Assembly (NCBI GenBank): GCA_965644295.1
Contig: CBFFRP010000423.1
Coordinates: forward strand, 248,001-312,000
Source of the DNA: Paraphysomonas bandaiensis
Taxonomy: Eukaryota; Protista; Chrysophyceae
Direction: 5' to 3'
Length of the DNA: 64,000 bases
Part shown: piece after piece, positions 27,027-39,123 of the stretch
How positions within the stretch are numbered: position 1 is the first letter of the stretch
Layout of the letters: each line of letters starts with the position of its first letter
Program-made: the position numbers and the translations under genes
The notes under the pieces: model-generated
Seen by the model: only the letters and a program-made list of their open reading frames with translations
Databases searched by the model: none
Told to the model about the DNA's origin: nothing

Positions 27027-28953
27027 ATGTCAAGGAGTCCCCTGAAACGTTCCCGTCAGGAATCATGCAATCAAAGTCCATCATATGTTGATATTGCAAC
27101 TGTCCGAAGTGTATTATTTAATCAAATAAATAGTAACAATTCAGCTGAATCTCTCGGTCGTGATACATCATCCGAAGAGAAAAAGATCAGAGGTATATTA
27201 GACGCATGTTTCTTGCAGAAAGTTAGTGGGTCGGTGCTGGTGATTGGTCCCGAAGGTGGTGGTAAACGGAGTATGGTGAGACGTGTGGTGAATAGTTACC
27301 GTACACCAGAAGAAGAAGATGTTAGGATCGCGGAGATCAAGGGCCTGGCATGTACCAGTGATCAGGATGCATTAGTTTCGCTTGCTAAGCAGTTAGGCAT
27401 GACAACGTCGTCGGATAACTTTAATGTTAGTGTAGAAGCTATTCAAGCCCATTTCAAAGTGAGTTATTTGCTGCTTGCAAATATTGAACTGCGTACTATG
27501 CTCACGATTAACATTAAGCACCAGCATACTCTAGAATCTATGTTGTTAACATAAACGCATTTCTTTCAGCAATCAAGATTTAAAAGCTTTCCTACCATAC
27601 TTCTAATTGAAGATATTGATGAGTTCACAAGAGCATCCAGACAAGTCCTGCTGTATACTTTATTGGATCTACTCCACCGCAACGACTTCTACTATGTGGT
27701 GAGTTCTAATTTGACACATTTATATTGCAGCGAAAATTATGCTTATCTGCTGACATATACATGTCTGTACGTATTTGTTTTCGCCTTTTCTGACTGTGGA
27801 TTAATCCCAACAGGTTATAGGACTGACCCACCGGGCCGATATAACGCTACTGCTAGAGAAACGAGTAAAAAGTCGTCTCAACGCCCAGTGTGTATATCTA
27901 AAGCAGTCGAACGCTAGTGATATTAGAGAGGTAAATATCACTTCCTTCTTCTGGTAGTTATAACGTGGTATTGTAGGGTATGTTGAATAAACTACAGCTT
28001 CCTGTGCCGAGTGAGGATAGCAGTGGATACGATGAAGCTTATAGAGACAAATTTAATGCAACTGTAATCATGCTGCTCGGTTCAACAGATACTTCCGGTG
28101 ATGAAACAATATATAGTTTAATTCGAAGAGCTGTGGCGTGGGGCAGAAGTTCCAGGTATTTTTTGTCATATATATAGTGGGGTGTAATCCTATGTACAGA
28201 TTCTTTATGCTAGTGGCAAGTATGGCAGTGTCACGTCTGTCTGATACTTCACCTTTTTTGACGAAATCACTTCTCGAGGACTGCTTTGATCAAATGGTAT
28301 GTATGATACGGCTTTTGCTGTCGTGTAATGTGTGTGGGCTTTATTTCAGCAAGTCCCATCAACGGTTTTGAGCACCCTGCAGAACCTTCCTCTCATTGGC
28401 GTCTATGTAATCATTGCTGTACTTCGCCTGCTATTACGTGCATCCGACCGTAAATCTCCTGCTACCTCCAGTAGTTCAGGTACAGCTCATGGACGTATAA
28501 AGGGCCTAAAAGGAAGACGTGCTGTTCGGGGGTGCAACGTGGAGCAGGTGATAAATGAGGTAGAAAGAATCACTGGATTAATTAAGCGAAAGGTATGCAT
28601 GTTATTTTTCTGTATCTCATAACCACATATATTCTTGTGAAAAGATTCTAGTGAAGCGTAATATTGTTGAGACTATTATTTCCCTGGCGGAAGACACTTC
28701 TCTTTTAACTCTTTCGAATGGCAAAGCTTTCAACTCCAGTCGCTTAAATGTACACAATAAATGTAGTCCAGTAATGGAAACCACTCAAATTACGATTACG
28801 GCCACACTTATGGAATTTGAGGTCGCTTTTCGAAGCACAGAATTGCGGCTACCTGATAGGCTAAGGAGGGCCGTCCTTGAACCCATGGATCCAGTTTCGG
28901 TACCAATGGCGAGCACTTCGGAAATAGATTCCACTGGGGCATTGGTACTGTAG
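27027..28953 (+). CDS. ORC4: Origin recognition complex subunit 4 (multi-exon)
   Basis: Walker A GPEGGGK, IEDIDEF, RQVLLYTLLDL, LLEKRVKSR (ORC4 signatures). Confidence 0.9.
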
Positions 28954-29472
28954 CTTATAGGAGGAACGTGTAGAAGTATGGAATGTATTGCAAGTTGTAA
29001 GTGCATGGAGTATGGAGTATACCTTTACAGCACTTTTTTGTTAATGTTAAATGACGTGATTTGCTAAATGTGTGTTACTTGTACTATTGTAATTTAATAT
29101 AGCGTTTTAGTCACGTTTTAATTGTGGCAGGAGAAATGTGGCGGTGTATGTAATATGTAAGAGTTAGTATTGGTACGATTTAGGTATATTGGTAAGACAA
29201 TGCAGAAGCTGTGACATATTTTACATGAGAGGCATCTCCCGTTGACATAGCAATTAGTCTTTAATATAGACATGTTGGCACTGTCTGCTTCACAATGTGG
29301 GTGTGCTAGATCATTGATCAGACACAAGACAATGGAAAGAAATGTCATGAAGGTATTTGTTATTATTATACTGAAAGGCAAAAGATACTAGCACCAGCTA
29401 TAGCTATCAAAGCCCAATTTACTACATTCATTCACTAACCCATATTATTAATAAGATACGAGTGCTCGATGT

Positions 29473-29913
29473 TCACTCCTGTTTAGCAACTTTTTGTTTC
29501 GGTGCTTCCTGAGACTCGCCCTTTCTCTTGTTCGAAGAGGTTTCCTCATCATTGGCACTATCTTCATCATCCTCCTCACTTTCCTCTTCATCTTCTTCTT
29601 CGCTGTCATCGTCCTCATCAAACTCGTCCTCTTCTTCTGGAAGCCCTTCAAAATCATCGTCTTCTTCCTCAGAATTCTAGAACATAATCATTAAAGTCTT
29701 TATTTGCAAATCACATATTGTACTTACGAAGTTTCCAGCATATAGATTCTTGAGAGTAGGGTTCTGTCCGTCATCATCATCATCTTCTTCAGATTCATCC
29801 TCTGAATCCTCATCCCCTAACTCAATCTCAGCCTCTTCATTCTCTTCCTCTTCTTCTTCTTCTTCTGAAGACCTACGATCCTCATTTTCCTCACCAGAAC
29901 CTGAATCTGACAT
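29473..29913 (-). CDS. Small, highly acidic protein with C-terminal basic NLS-like tail; 2 exons
   Basis: D/E-rich exons joined by a GT-AG intron (~29727-29678); ends NKRKGESQEAPKQKVAKQE*. Confidence 0.8.
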
Positions 29914-30160
29914 ATCTATACACTCACTTGATTGATTGCTATGTATATATGAATGATATGATGCAAGTTGTGCAGCAGATTTCTATATAGAAAGAACCCA
30001 GTCATCACTTGCATGTTACATTCAAAAAAAAAAAATAGCGAGCGATCACATTGATTGACAGATACACTACATACCTACTACTTATATAGTATCCTCAAGG
30101 GGCATGATGAGTTGCTGTGTGTATATGTATACTACGTTGTACGGTAGATATACTGCTGTA

Positions 30161-30308
30161 GGAATTCTGTCTATGGGAATAAGTCGATCCAGCAAAAAAA
30201 TCCAGGCTTTTTTGATGCATGTTGTTTTTTGACGAATATATTTCAGAGAAATGACGAAAAAAGGTCGATTTTTTTGCTGGATCGACTTATTCCCACAGAC
30301 GGAATTCC
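30161..30308. mobile_element. MITE, 148 bp, ~42-bp terminal inverted repeats, TA target-site duplication
   Basis: Left GGAATTCTGTCTATGGGAATAAGTCGATCCAGCAAAAAAATC; reverse complement of right end GGAATTCCGTCTGTGGGAATAAGTCGATCCAGCAAAAAAATC (2 mismatches). TA on both flanks. Confidence 0.92.
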
Positions 30309-30753
30309 TATGAGGGTCCATAGAGGTAGGTGGGTATGGAGTAGGGTTGGTTAGGATATAATCTGCTGATGATGATAGCATATGACATCAACTGTCCAGA
30401 TGATCTGCTGCTCCTGATAATATGTTTTTTACTTCCTGTCCTCCTTAAATTTAACATTTTTGTCCTCTATCATACATAGAATCATAGTAATTCCTACAGT
30501 CTTAAATATTCCACAATATTTTTGTCATCTTTGTAAAAAAATATTAACATGTACATACATTTGTATGGTCCTATGCACACTGCTGTATGTATATATAGAG
30601 AGAGAGAGCGAGTGTATATACATGCATATGATCAACAGTAACATCCATCTACTTAAACACTCATGCATACAAACAGAATCTAAACTTAAATATTCTTTCT
30701 TATTTATTAATTCCTTGTATTTAATCTTTTATTACCATACATTTATTAGAAGA

Positions 30754-31282
30754 ATGCATACAAGTAGACGGTTTTATTCATCATTACCAGAGTTTATGCC
30801 TGGACATGAGACCATCACACGGTATACACTATACAATAGATTACTAACATACAATTCATTTTATTAATGAAATTATATAGACAAGATACGAGTTTTCTTC
30901 AACTTTTTAGTTTTGTTAACTGGCAAGGTGTGGGTCTTGTGAGGTGAGGACATGACCATTCTTGTCCTTACAATATTAACCTGTCTATAGATATTTATAC
31001 TGGATTGGTATGTGGGTAATTGGTCTTTTCAATCTGGCTTTATTTATCAGTGGTCTTGCATCTGGTAATCCGGGTGCCATAATAGCTGTACTTGTATTTG
31101 TGCCGATATTTAGCTTGGCTGAATTAATTATACTCAGAATAGTGTGCGAAATTTCCGTAGTACTTCTACTGTTTCCGTACTACTTTAAGCACTCCGGGGG
31201 TTCAAGTCATTCAGTCACTGTTATAGAAGACCCCAATGATGACGGTGATATGGATGTATCGGTACATAGTAATATGGCATAA
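30754..31282 (+). CDS. Small membrane protein, DUF4282-like; 3 exons
   Basis: FLQLFSF...GLVR|YLYWIG...two TM helices...LIILRIVCEISVVL. The gene model is solid; the family call is from recalled pattern. Confidence 0.65.
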
Positions 31283-32724
31283 CATAGAATTATAGCTAGT
31301 AGACCCATCATTCTGGTGATAATTCATGATTGTAATAAGCATGGTTAGGTATAATGACTTTAGTAGATCAACTAAACTTCTGAGTGCTTCGCTTGTAGTG
31401 AATTTGTCGACTGAAGATCGCGCAGCCGGACAGTACGACATGAGGAATTCAGTACAGCGCAGTTAGATTTAGATGTAAACCTTATAATAGTTCCAGCGAG
31501 CAGAACCAGGAAACAAAACACTAAAGTTTAAAGATTATTAAGTAGCTCTAAATTATGAGGAGCCTTACTTTTACGCAATCAGTCATAATAATCTTAGCTC
31601 TACTTAATAAGCAATCTTTAAACTTTAAAGATTACTGCAAATGCTACATACATGCTGTAGTATCACGTTTAGCATTTCAATTTAACAAACTATTGTTAAA
31701 CGCTACAAAAGCTACTCAAGCTCAAAGGTGCAAGTACTTTCGCTTTATCACTCAAAGCAAACGTAGTGAGAAACCAGAATGTTGATGTACTTCAGGATAT
31801 AAAGTCCTTAAGGTGAACAGCCCGGGTGCTTGACTTCAGTTTGCTTGTTAAGCCGGTTATCATCAATAAAGCGCTTCGCTGTGTTGACATCCTGAACTAA
31901 ATCCTCACTACATTGACGCTAAAAAGAATTTGTGATGAGTATGAAATTGTGGAGAGCGAGCTGATGTTCACCTGCATTATAATTTTATAGACACATATTG
32001 AAAGAATTTCAAGTTTTGCAGCAATTTTACTTGTAATAATACGTAATACTTCAGAATCAAACCTGCATGATCGAACCCCATCTGCTTTATTAATGATCTT
32101 TCTTACGGAGCCACTAGCATTCTTTAGAGTTCGCAATTAGCGGAACATATTCACCAGGCTTGAATACCAATTTGAACAAAATATCATAACAGGCTAAAAA
32201 ATTGAAGGCTAGCACAACCAATGGGCGGAAGAGGCCGGCAAATCAAATTACAACCCTAATCAAACTATTATACGTACTCAAAATTATAAATATTTTAATT
32301 AATTGAAACAGCTTGCAGTCAACTATAATTGCAATTAATATTTCAATTGTAGGCGTAGATTATCGTAACCATATGGGTCACGTGTTATGGTTTACTTGCT
32401 TGAAAGACACCCAAGGAATACGCCGGAATTCAATTGGGTATTGGGTGTCGCTTGTTTTAGTTATCACTATCACTACAGCAGACAGTAGGGCATGTCTCGG
32501 AGAATGGTATAGATATTATTGTAGTAATCGCTGTCATACAATGAAATTCGTCTATGACATTAATACAGAATCTACAATATATCTAGCTAATTAAGAGCTC
32601 TCTAGTTTTCAATCCATGCAAAGTGTCCCAGTGCATCCACATACATACACTATGCTCACTATACTACAACGAAATACTCCATTTTATTTACACAACACTC
32701 TATAGAAACATCCATGTTCGGCTT

Positions 32725-35700
32725 TTATGAGTCCCCGTCAGGAACTAGCACATCACCTAAAAGCTCCATCCTCTTCTTAACTTTAACCTCCCTCTCTAAG
32801 TCGTTCATACTGCTATAGGCCTCATGTAGCAAATGCTTCATTCTTTTTGTTCCCATGCCCCTAAAGAATTCCTGGAATCCTGTTTTCGTTCGTAGAAGAG
32901 GGACCGCCTTTGGAGGCTGACGTAACATCGTGATCAGCGCCTCATCAGTGAAGCTAACCCCACCACCATTCTCCCTATTAGGCGCACTACTTCGAACATT
33001 GTCCTGACTACCTTTCTTTTCTTGATCTATGGGCTTTTGGCTAACCTTGGATATAGTGGAATGGATAGCATCATCGGTGAAGCTACTTCTGGAAGGGATA
33101 CTCACCCCACTATTAGCAACCTCACATCTGGGCATTAGCAAAAGAGTATCAGTCGAATTGTGATCTTTTTGAGATGAGGAACTCCTAGTAGAGTTGCTGT
33201 TAATGCCACATTTCTCAACATTGTTGTCAAAGAAAGCAACATCGTTCTCTTCATATGCCTCCGACGAATCTGCAGCAGCCATGATGTAGTCTCCAAACAT
33301 GGCAGTATTGTCATCCATATGTGTGGGATCGATGTTGCCAGAAATTGACGTCGCTGAACTGCTTTCATCCGTACGTGTGCACTACAAAATATACAGTTAC
33401 ATTCCACATCGCAAATATATCTACAGGGGAGATCAGCTCACCATGTGTAGTATCTTGTCACGAGATAGTATTTTGCTCTGCGAGGAACTTCTGTCTGAAC
33501 TACTGCTAATCGTTTCTAAATCTCGAGGATTAGTCGTAGATGACCTAAATCCACAGAGCGCATTGGCACTATCACTCACGGGTTCATCGTCATCGTCCTC
33601 GGAGTCCATCTCCTCCACCCACTGATTTATGGCCGCTAGACTACCTTTAAGATCAAATCCTAGTGATCTTCCAGCCTATCATACATACTATAAAAATGAT
33701 TTAACGTAGTTACTTATATAAAACTTACAACATCAGACAACATTTTTCCTCGCTTTGTAGGCTGGGGACTAGATGAGGAGTCGCTGCTGCTTGCCCTTTC
33801 TAAAGAAGGGGGGAGTGAGGTCGGTAGCGGAGCTGTGCTGCTAAAAAGTTTCAGTCCACTGGTGGATGTCTTGTTTGTAACTACACTATCGGAACACATC
33901 TTTCTTCTGGACTCGTGGTCCACAGCAAGCTCCTCTTCATCCAACACACTGTTCTCATTAAACAACGAACCTCGAAACACACGATTGCGGTGCACTATAC
34001 TGCTAAACTTCCCAGCTCCATCGGTAGGCGAAGTAACGGAATCGCCTAAGGTCAACTTGCGAGGCCTTCGGAGTCGGGAATACCCCTCTTCATCGCTACT
34101 ATCATCGCTTACATCCCACACCGGAGCGGAGGTTTTCTTAGCAAGTCCCATTCCAATGCCTATGTCTGTATCGGCCTTGGTATGGGGAAGGTGTGTCTCT
34201 CTGGGATTGCTATCAGATCTCTCTGATCGGCTGGATTCACGGGACTGGGTGCGCGCTGATCCAATGCGTTGAGTAAGGTCATTAACTGCCTGTTCATTAC
34301 CAGACACACTGGATAGCAGAACCTTGAACGGTGCCGAGGGAGCAGCTATTCCAACACCTTCTCCACTGCTATTGCTGCCGGTAGAAGCTGTGCTTTGCGG
34401 CCGGCTGCCGCTCTGAGGTCGGCTACCATTTTTCTGTAGCTGAGGGGAGGTAGGAGGAAGACCGTGTCTTGGACTGGGTGTACTTCTTTGGAGAGATCCT
34501 TTCGGCCACCTCTCACTCTCTTGTCCACCTCTATTATTCTGTGATTCAAAGGAGGTAGATGTGAGAGACTTAGGGACTACAGTAGCCACCACCTTGCTTT
34601 TCAGTTTAGGGGATGATGACGGGTGTGGGGCGCGCTTCAACTCATGTGACGTGATGTCTCCTTCCTTGTAGAACTGAGAAGAGGGTTTGGACCAGTCAGA
34701 TCCGTGTCCACTGCTATGTAATGCACTGTCGAGGGTAGATAAGGCACTTGTGTCAGTTTCATCATACAGAGGGCTCTCTCCACGAGAGCCTCCAGAAGGC
34801 AGCCGACGACGACGCATCGCAGTCGCCATATTACCTGAACAAATACTCTTAATTCTCATCCAGTAAACACTCGCAGAGAATTGTATTCAGTCCACTCCGT
34901 ACCTGCAAGGGCCATTCCTGTGCCATGCGTAAGATCACTTCCGGTGTCTGGGATTAGTCCGGGAGGTGCTGAAGCCGAAATAACTCTATTTACCGGAGAT
35001 TGAAAGTTGCAATATTCTCCTGGTAAACACTCATCTCCCATAATTGCCATCTCCATCCGCCTCTCGTCGTCCAGTTCTTCCTGTTCAAGCAACATAGCCG
35101 ACGCAGCTTCCAGAATCATTCCATTGGAAACTTTGCTTTTTGCACGTGCATCTACATCTACTCCGTCCAGAGTAATCAGCTGTGGGATCATTGAAGCAAC
35201 TACGAGACTATATTTAGGTGCCCGCTCTATTGGGTTACCAGACAATACTACGTGGTTTAACTGTGGACAGGATGACAGTGTGTCACAAATAGAGACATCT
35301 GATAGACAGTTTCCATGAAGATCCAGACTCTATAGATCATAATATATCAGACAGTTCTCTTCATTCAAAGCAATCCAACTCACCTTAATAGTTTCATGCA
35401 TGGCAAGAGCGGTTATATCTGAGATCATATTATCTCTGACAGATAGCTCCTTAAGACTAGTAAACATGCCAATTCCATCCAGTTCACATAAGCAGCAATT
35501 GTTTAATGATAATGATATTATTCGACGTAATCCTGTACCTAAATCACGTATGCATGATATCTGACTATGATCAAGAGTGAGATGCGTCATGTTGATAACG
35601 ATATCTCCTAAATCTAATAGAGACTGATAAGATGTATCTACAATCAGTGTTACATGTGTAAGATCATGTATATGATCAACACCACATGCATGTTTGATAT

Positions 35701-35854
35701 ACTCTTCTGTTATGATATTATCATAGATAGAATCTGATGTGTTCGTGTGAGATGATTGTGAATATGATGATGTGATTGAATGTAATGCAGTTGATGGTCG
35801 TGGTGTTGGATTTGTATGTGATGGTACAGATCGTATTCTTATTTCTGTTTCCAT
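32725..35854 (-). CDS. LRRC56: Leucine-rich repeat protein 56 (ODA8-like dynein arm maturation factor) with long low-complexity C-terminus; ~5 exons
   Basis: VDTSYQSLLDLG...LTLDHSQISCIRDLGTGL...CCLCELDGIG...LKELSVRDNMISDI...LDLHGN...CPQLNHVVLSGNP resembles the LRRC56 LRR region. Downstream ORFs link through GT-AG introns. Confidence 0.82.
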
Positions 35855-36206
35855 TGAACTATACTATAGAATATATATAGAGATTCTCATATAAAGAATA
35901 CTTTATAAGAAATTTATTTGAAATTTATTTTGGAATATTATATACAAAAAATGATGGTAATTGTGATTTTTTTGGGGTTGTATTAAGAGTAATATGAGTG
36001 ATTGATGCAATTAGAGGGATGGTATAGTAGGAAGTGATTAATTGAATGGTTAAGTAAGTAGAATTATAAGGATAGTGTATGTACGTGTATTGTCATAGGT
36101 TACATTAGATGAGATATATACAGTAGTTGAAACATATGAAACATACGTAGATTTAAATATACTGTCCAATCACTGCATACTTGAAATACAGTCATCATAC
36201 GTAGAT

Positions 36207-36402
36207 CTCATTGGTATGTAGTGTTTACTTATTCTGCGTTTTCATTGGTCCGTTTTGTTTATTGGTATGCAGTGTTTACTTATCCTGTGTTTTAATTGGT
36301 CCGTAGTTCTTATTGGTATGCTGTATACATGAATACTATGTTTTCATTGGTCCGTTTTGTTTATTGGTATGCTGTATTTATCAGTACTGTGTTTTCATTG
36401 GC
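36207..36402. repeat. ~51-bp tandem minisatellite (~3.7 units), 8 ATTGG/CCAAT motifs
   Basis: ATTGGTATG at ~36210, 36261, 36312, 36363; ATTGG at ~36244, 36295, 36346, 36397. Confidence 0.9.
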
Positions 36403-37002
36403 TACTCAATTAAATTGTATGTATATAGTCTCGACACAGAGCATTGACTGCTCATTGCACTGCCTGCACTCCGATACACCACAACACACTACCACATTAG
36501 ACTGCCTGTAACCAGTTCTGTTCTTCTCTTGAGTTCTCCTCTGTGATGGTACTAAACACTATAATCTAAATGGGTAGAGTCATGCGGACAGAGTATCATG
36601 CTTGTGATACCTCATACGATACTTGTGCCAGAAAGAGTGTGTATGGTGACTTACAATATACATATAGGCACCGAAGCTATTGATTTTAATGGATGGAATA
36701 CTGTGAAAGTACAGTCAAGTTGATTGTTGAGTGATATGGTTCGTTTGTATTTAGCAGATGAGATGTGTTCATACAGTGAGTAGTGAGCTCTATATGGCCT
36801 TATACAAATGATTTTTTGTAATTATAAACAATATATAATTATAAAATATTTTTTTATTGCCTTTTTGTCACGTATTTTATTATGTTCTTTTATGTGGTCT
36901 TCAGTATTCTATACTCGTCCTGAAATCTACGGTGCAAATCGTCACTAAAACAAGAAGTGTTTTATTATTTTCTTTTTTATTGAAGATGTAAGCTATATCT
37001 TA

Positions 37003-37156
37003 CATAGTGTAGGCTTGCATGTAGACCATATATAACACGAGACTCTGTGCTGATTCTACCACCCACCTGCCCGTGAACCAACGTAACCGTGTTCACCTTC
37101 CCTAAGATTATGCGGGATTTGTCATATAGCTATGCATGACTTATATATGTAATTCG
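37003..37156 (-). repeat. Dispersed repeat, copy B (inverted relative to 25234-25419, with a shorter internal segment)
   Basis: Reverse complement aligns by eye to 25234-25419. Confidence 0.85.
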
Positions 37157-39123
37157 TGCAGAGTCTAGTAGGAGGGTCATGTTTACCTTCCTATCACCTA
37201 ACAAAGGTTACGCAGAGCTTGTCGTGACCATGCATGACTCATTATAGGCCTAGCGTGGTATTGGCCGAGCCCCCTTCTCCCTAAATACGCGGGGTTTCTT
37301 GCAGTTCCATATATGCTATGCAAGTATAGTGTATATCTAGCAGCTATCAGGGGCTTGCTCAGCACTGGAACTTTAGTAGGGCACGCTCTCGGAATGGGGC
37401 AGTTTAACAAGTTGTTACCATATATGACCTGAAAATTCATCGTGCTACATAGCCATATGGGCAATGGAAAATCAGTTTTGATGGTGTCATTGATTGAACT
37501 ATACCGGTCTGAATCGTGGCGAATTGTTATTTCCATGCCACTGCGTAAGAGAATGGGGGTTCCTTGATTACTGCCTATTAGAAACTTGGATATCGCCATA
37601 TCTGATTCTAATATGAAAGGGTTGGTTGTTCATTAGAAAGAAGGACTAAGATCTAGTTATAGTATATGAGATTCGTGAAATCCGGAAGCAATTTTCAAGC
37701 ACAACCATGAGCAGTAAACGGGTGGCTATATTCAAGCTTTACAATTACTTATCCGATATAGTTACAAAGCTGATGCATATTTATCGGTATGGTGTATTAG
37801 TTTTATCGAATCAATGCAAGACCCGCGATTACGCTGTTGGACGACGTAGTTTACATCCGCAACCCTTATATGTCACACAGCCGCACAATGCAATTGCTAG
37901 ACGTTTTAAAATGTTTGCATGTTTTGCATCCCGGGCTAAGCTCGAAAATGAGATTGGACTCAACTGTTTGATAAAATGGGGGTGGATAGAAAATTGTAAT
38001 GATCCGACAGTTTGTGTGATATAAAAAAGTGGGGTGAGTGTTGAACAATATGATCAAATATGAATCATGTATTTGTTCGCTATATAGTTGTATTTACACC
38101 GTCATTAACCGTAGGCAATTCGTTTGTTTCACGAAGTGACGACGATGAAGCATTTAAATATTGATACGAGGAGGCTACACGAGTTGCAATATATCTACTC
38201 TAATCATTGCTATTATTGTTTGTGAAATGTGAAATATAATGATTATCTAATAATCAACAGAGTGAATGAGTATACGAATCTATCTAAGAATGTCAATTAC
38301 TCACAAACTCCAGTAGTAGTATGCAAAACCCTGACTCAAGTAATACAAGCTCTTAATAGTACTTCAAAGCATGGTGCAGGTTGTGCGATTCACTTCCATC
38401 GTCCCATCGTACTGGATGCAATCCTCGTCCGAGGTCACCTTATAGGTCAGTTTAAAACTCATGTGTTTTTGCAGAGTAAGTCTCACTACTTCCATAGCGG
38501 AGTAGTTAATAAGTGAATATTATCGAGGAGGATCAAGAAGTAAAGCCTCAATATTTTCAGTTTACAAGTTTACAATATAACTACGTGCTTGTGGTATTCA
38601 CCTAGCCATCAATTAATGAATGTTGATATTCGATATTGTATTATTTGAGTATATTTTTGTTTTAAGTACCTAAGTTAGTGCGACTAGGTAATTCAACCAA
38701 TTTGAGTAGGGTGAATACTATTTCCTATTGTGAATAGGGCTTTTTACTTGTTCTTGCTAACTTTCCGGACGTAAAAAATGTAGAGCGCATACTAGTAGTT
38801 AGTAGTACGTAGTATCTGTTCAAACGTTCCAACTACTATGTGGTATACGCATGCTCGCACTACGCGACATGAGTATTTATATAATCATACAGTGGACTCA
38901 AAAGATAATATACTAGCTCACAAATTAGGGAGGTATATCTTTTAACTCGTCTTGAAATATTATAGTTGTAGATAGCAGCACATGGAGCTACTACAATATC
39001 ACGAATACCTTTCAAATATTTCATCGCAATTGGAGCACGCATTGAGCCCCAAACCAAGCACCGTGAATACAATAAACATAGTAATGCATATAGCCACAAG
39101 TTCTCTACTCACTAGCTGCCATA

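Noticed and set aside
31400-32300. Coding-like but stop-riddled intergenic sequence (also 37200-38520, 55600-56000, 59150-59480, 61700-62330)
   Set aside because: Probably decayed TE or pseudogene debris, but no family motif I can support.
36207-36402. CRISPR-like interpretation of the periodic repeat
   Set aside because: The spacers are homologous to each other, the context is eukaryotic and there are no cas genes; it is a minisatellite.
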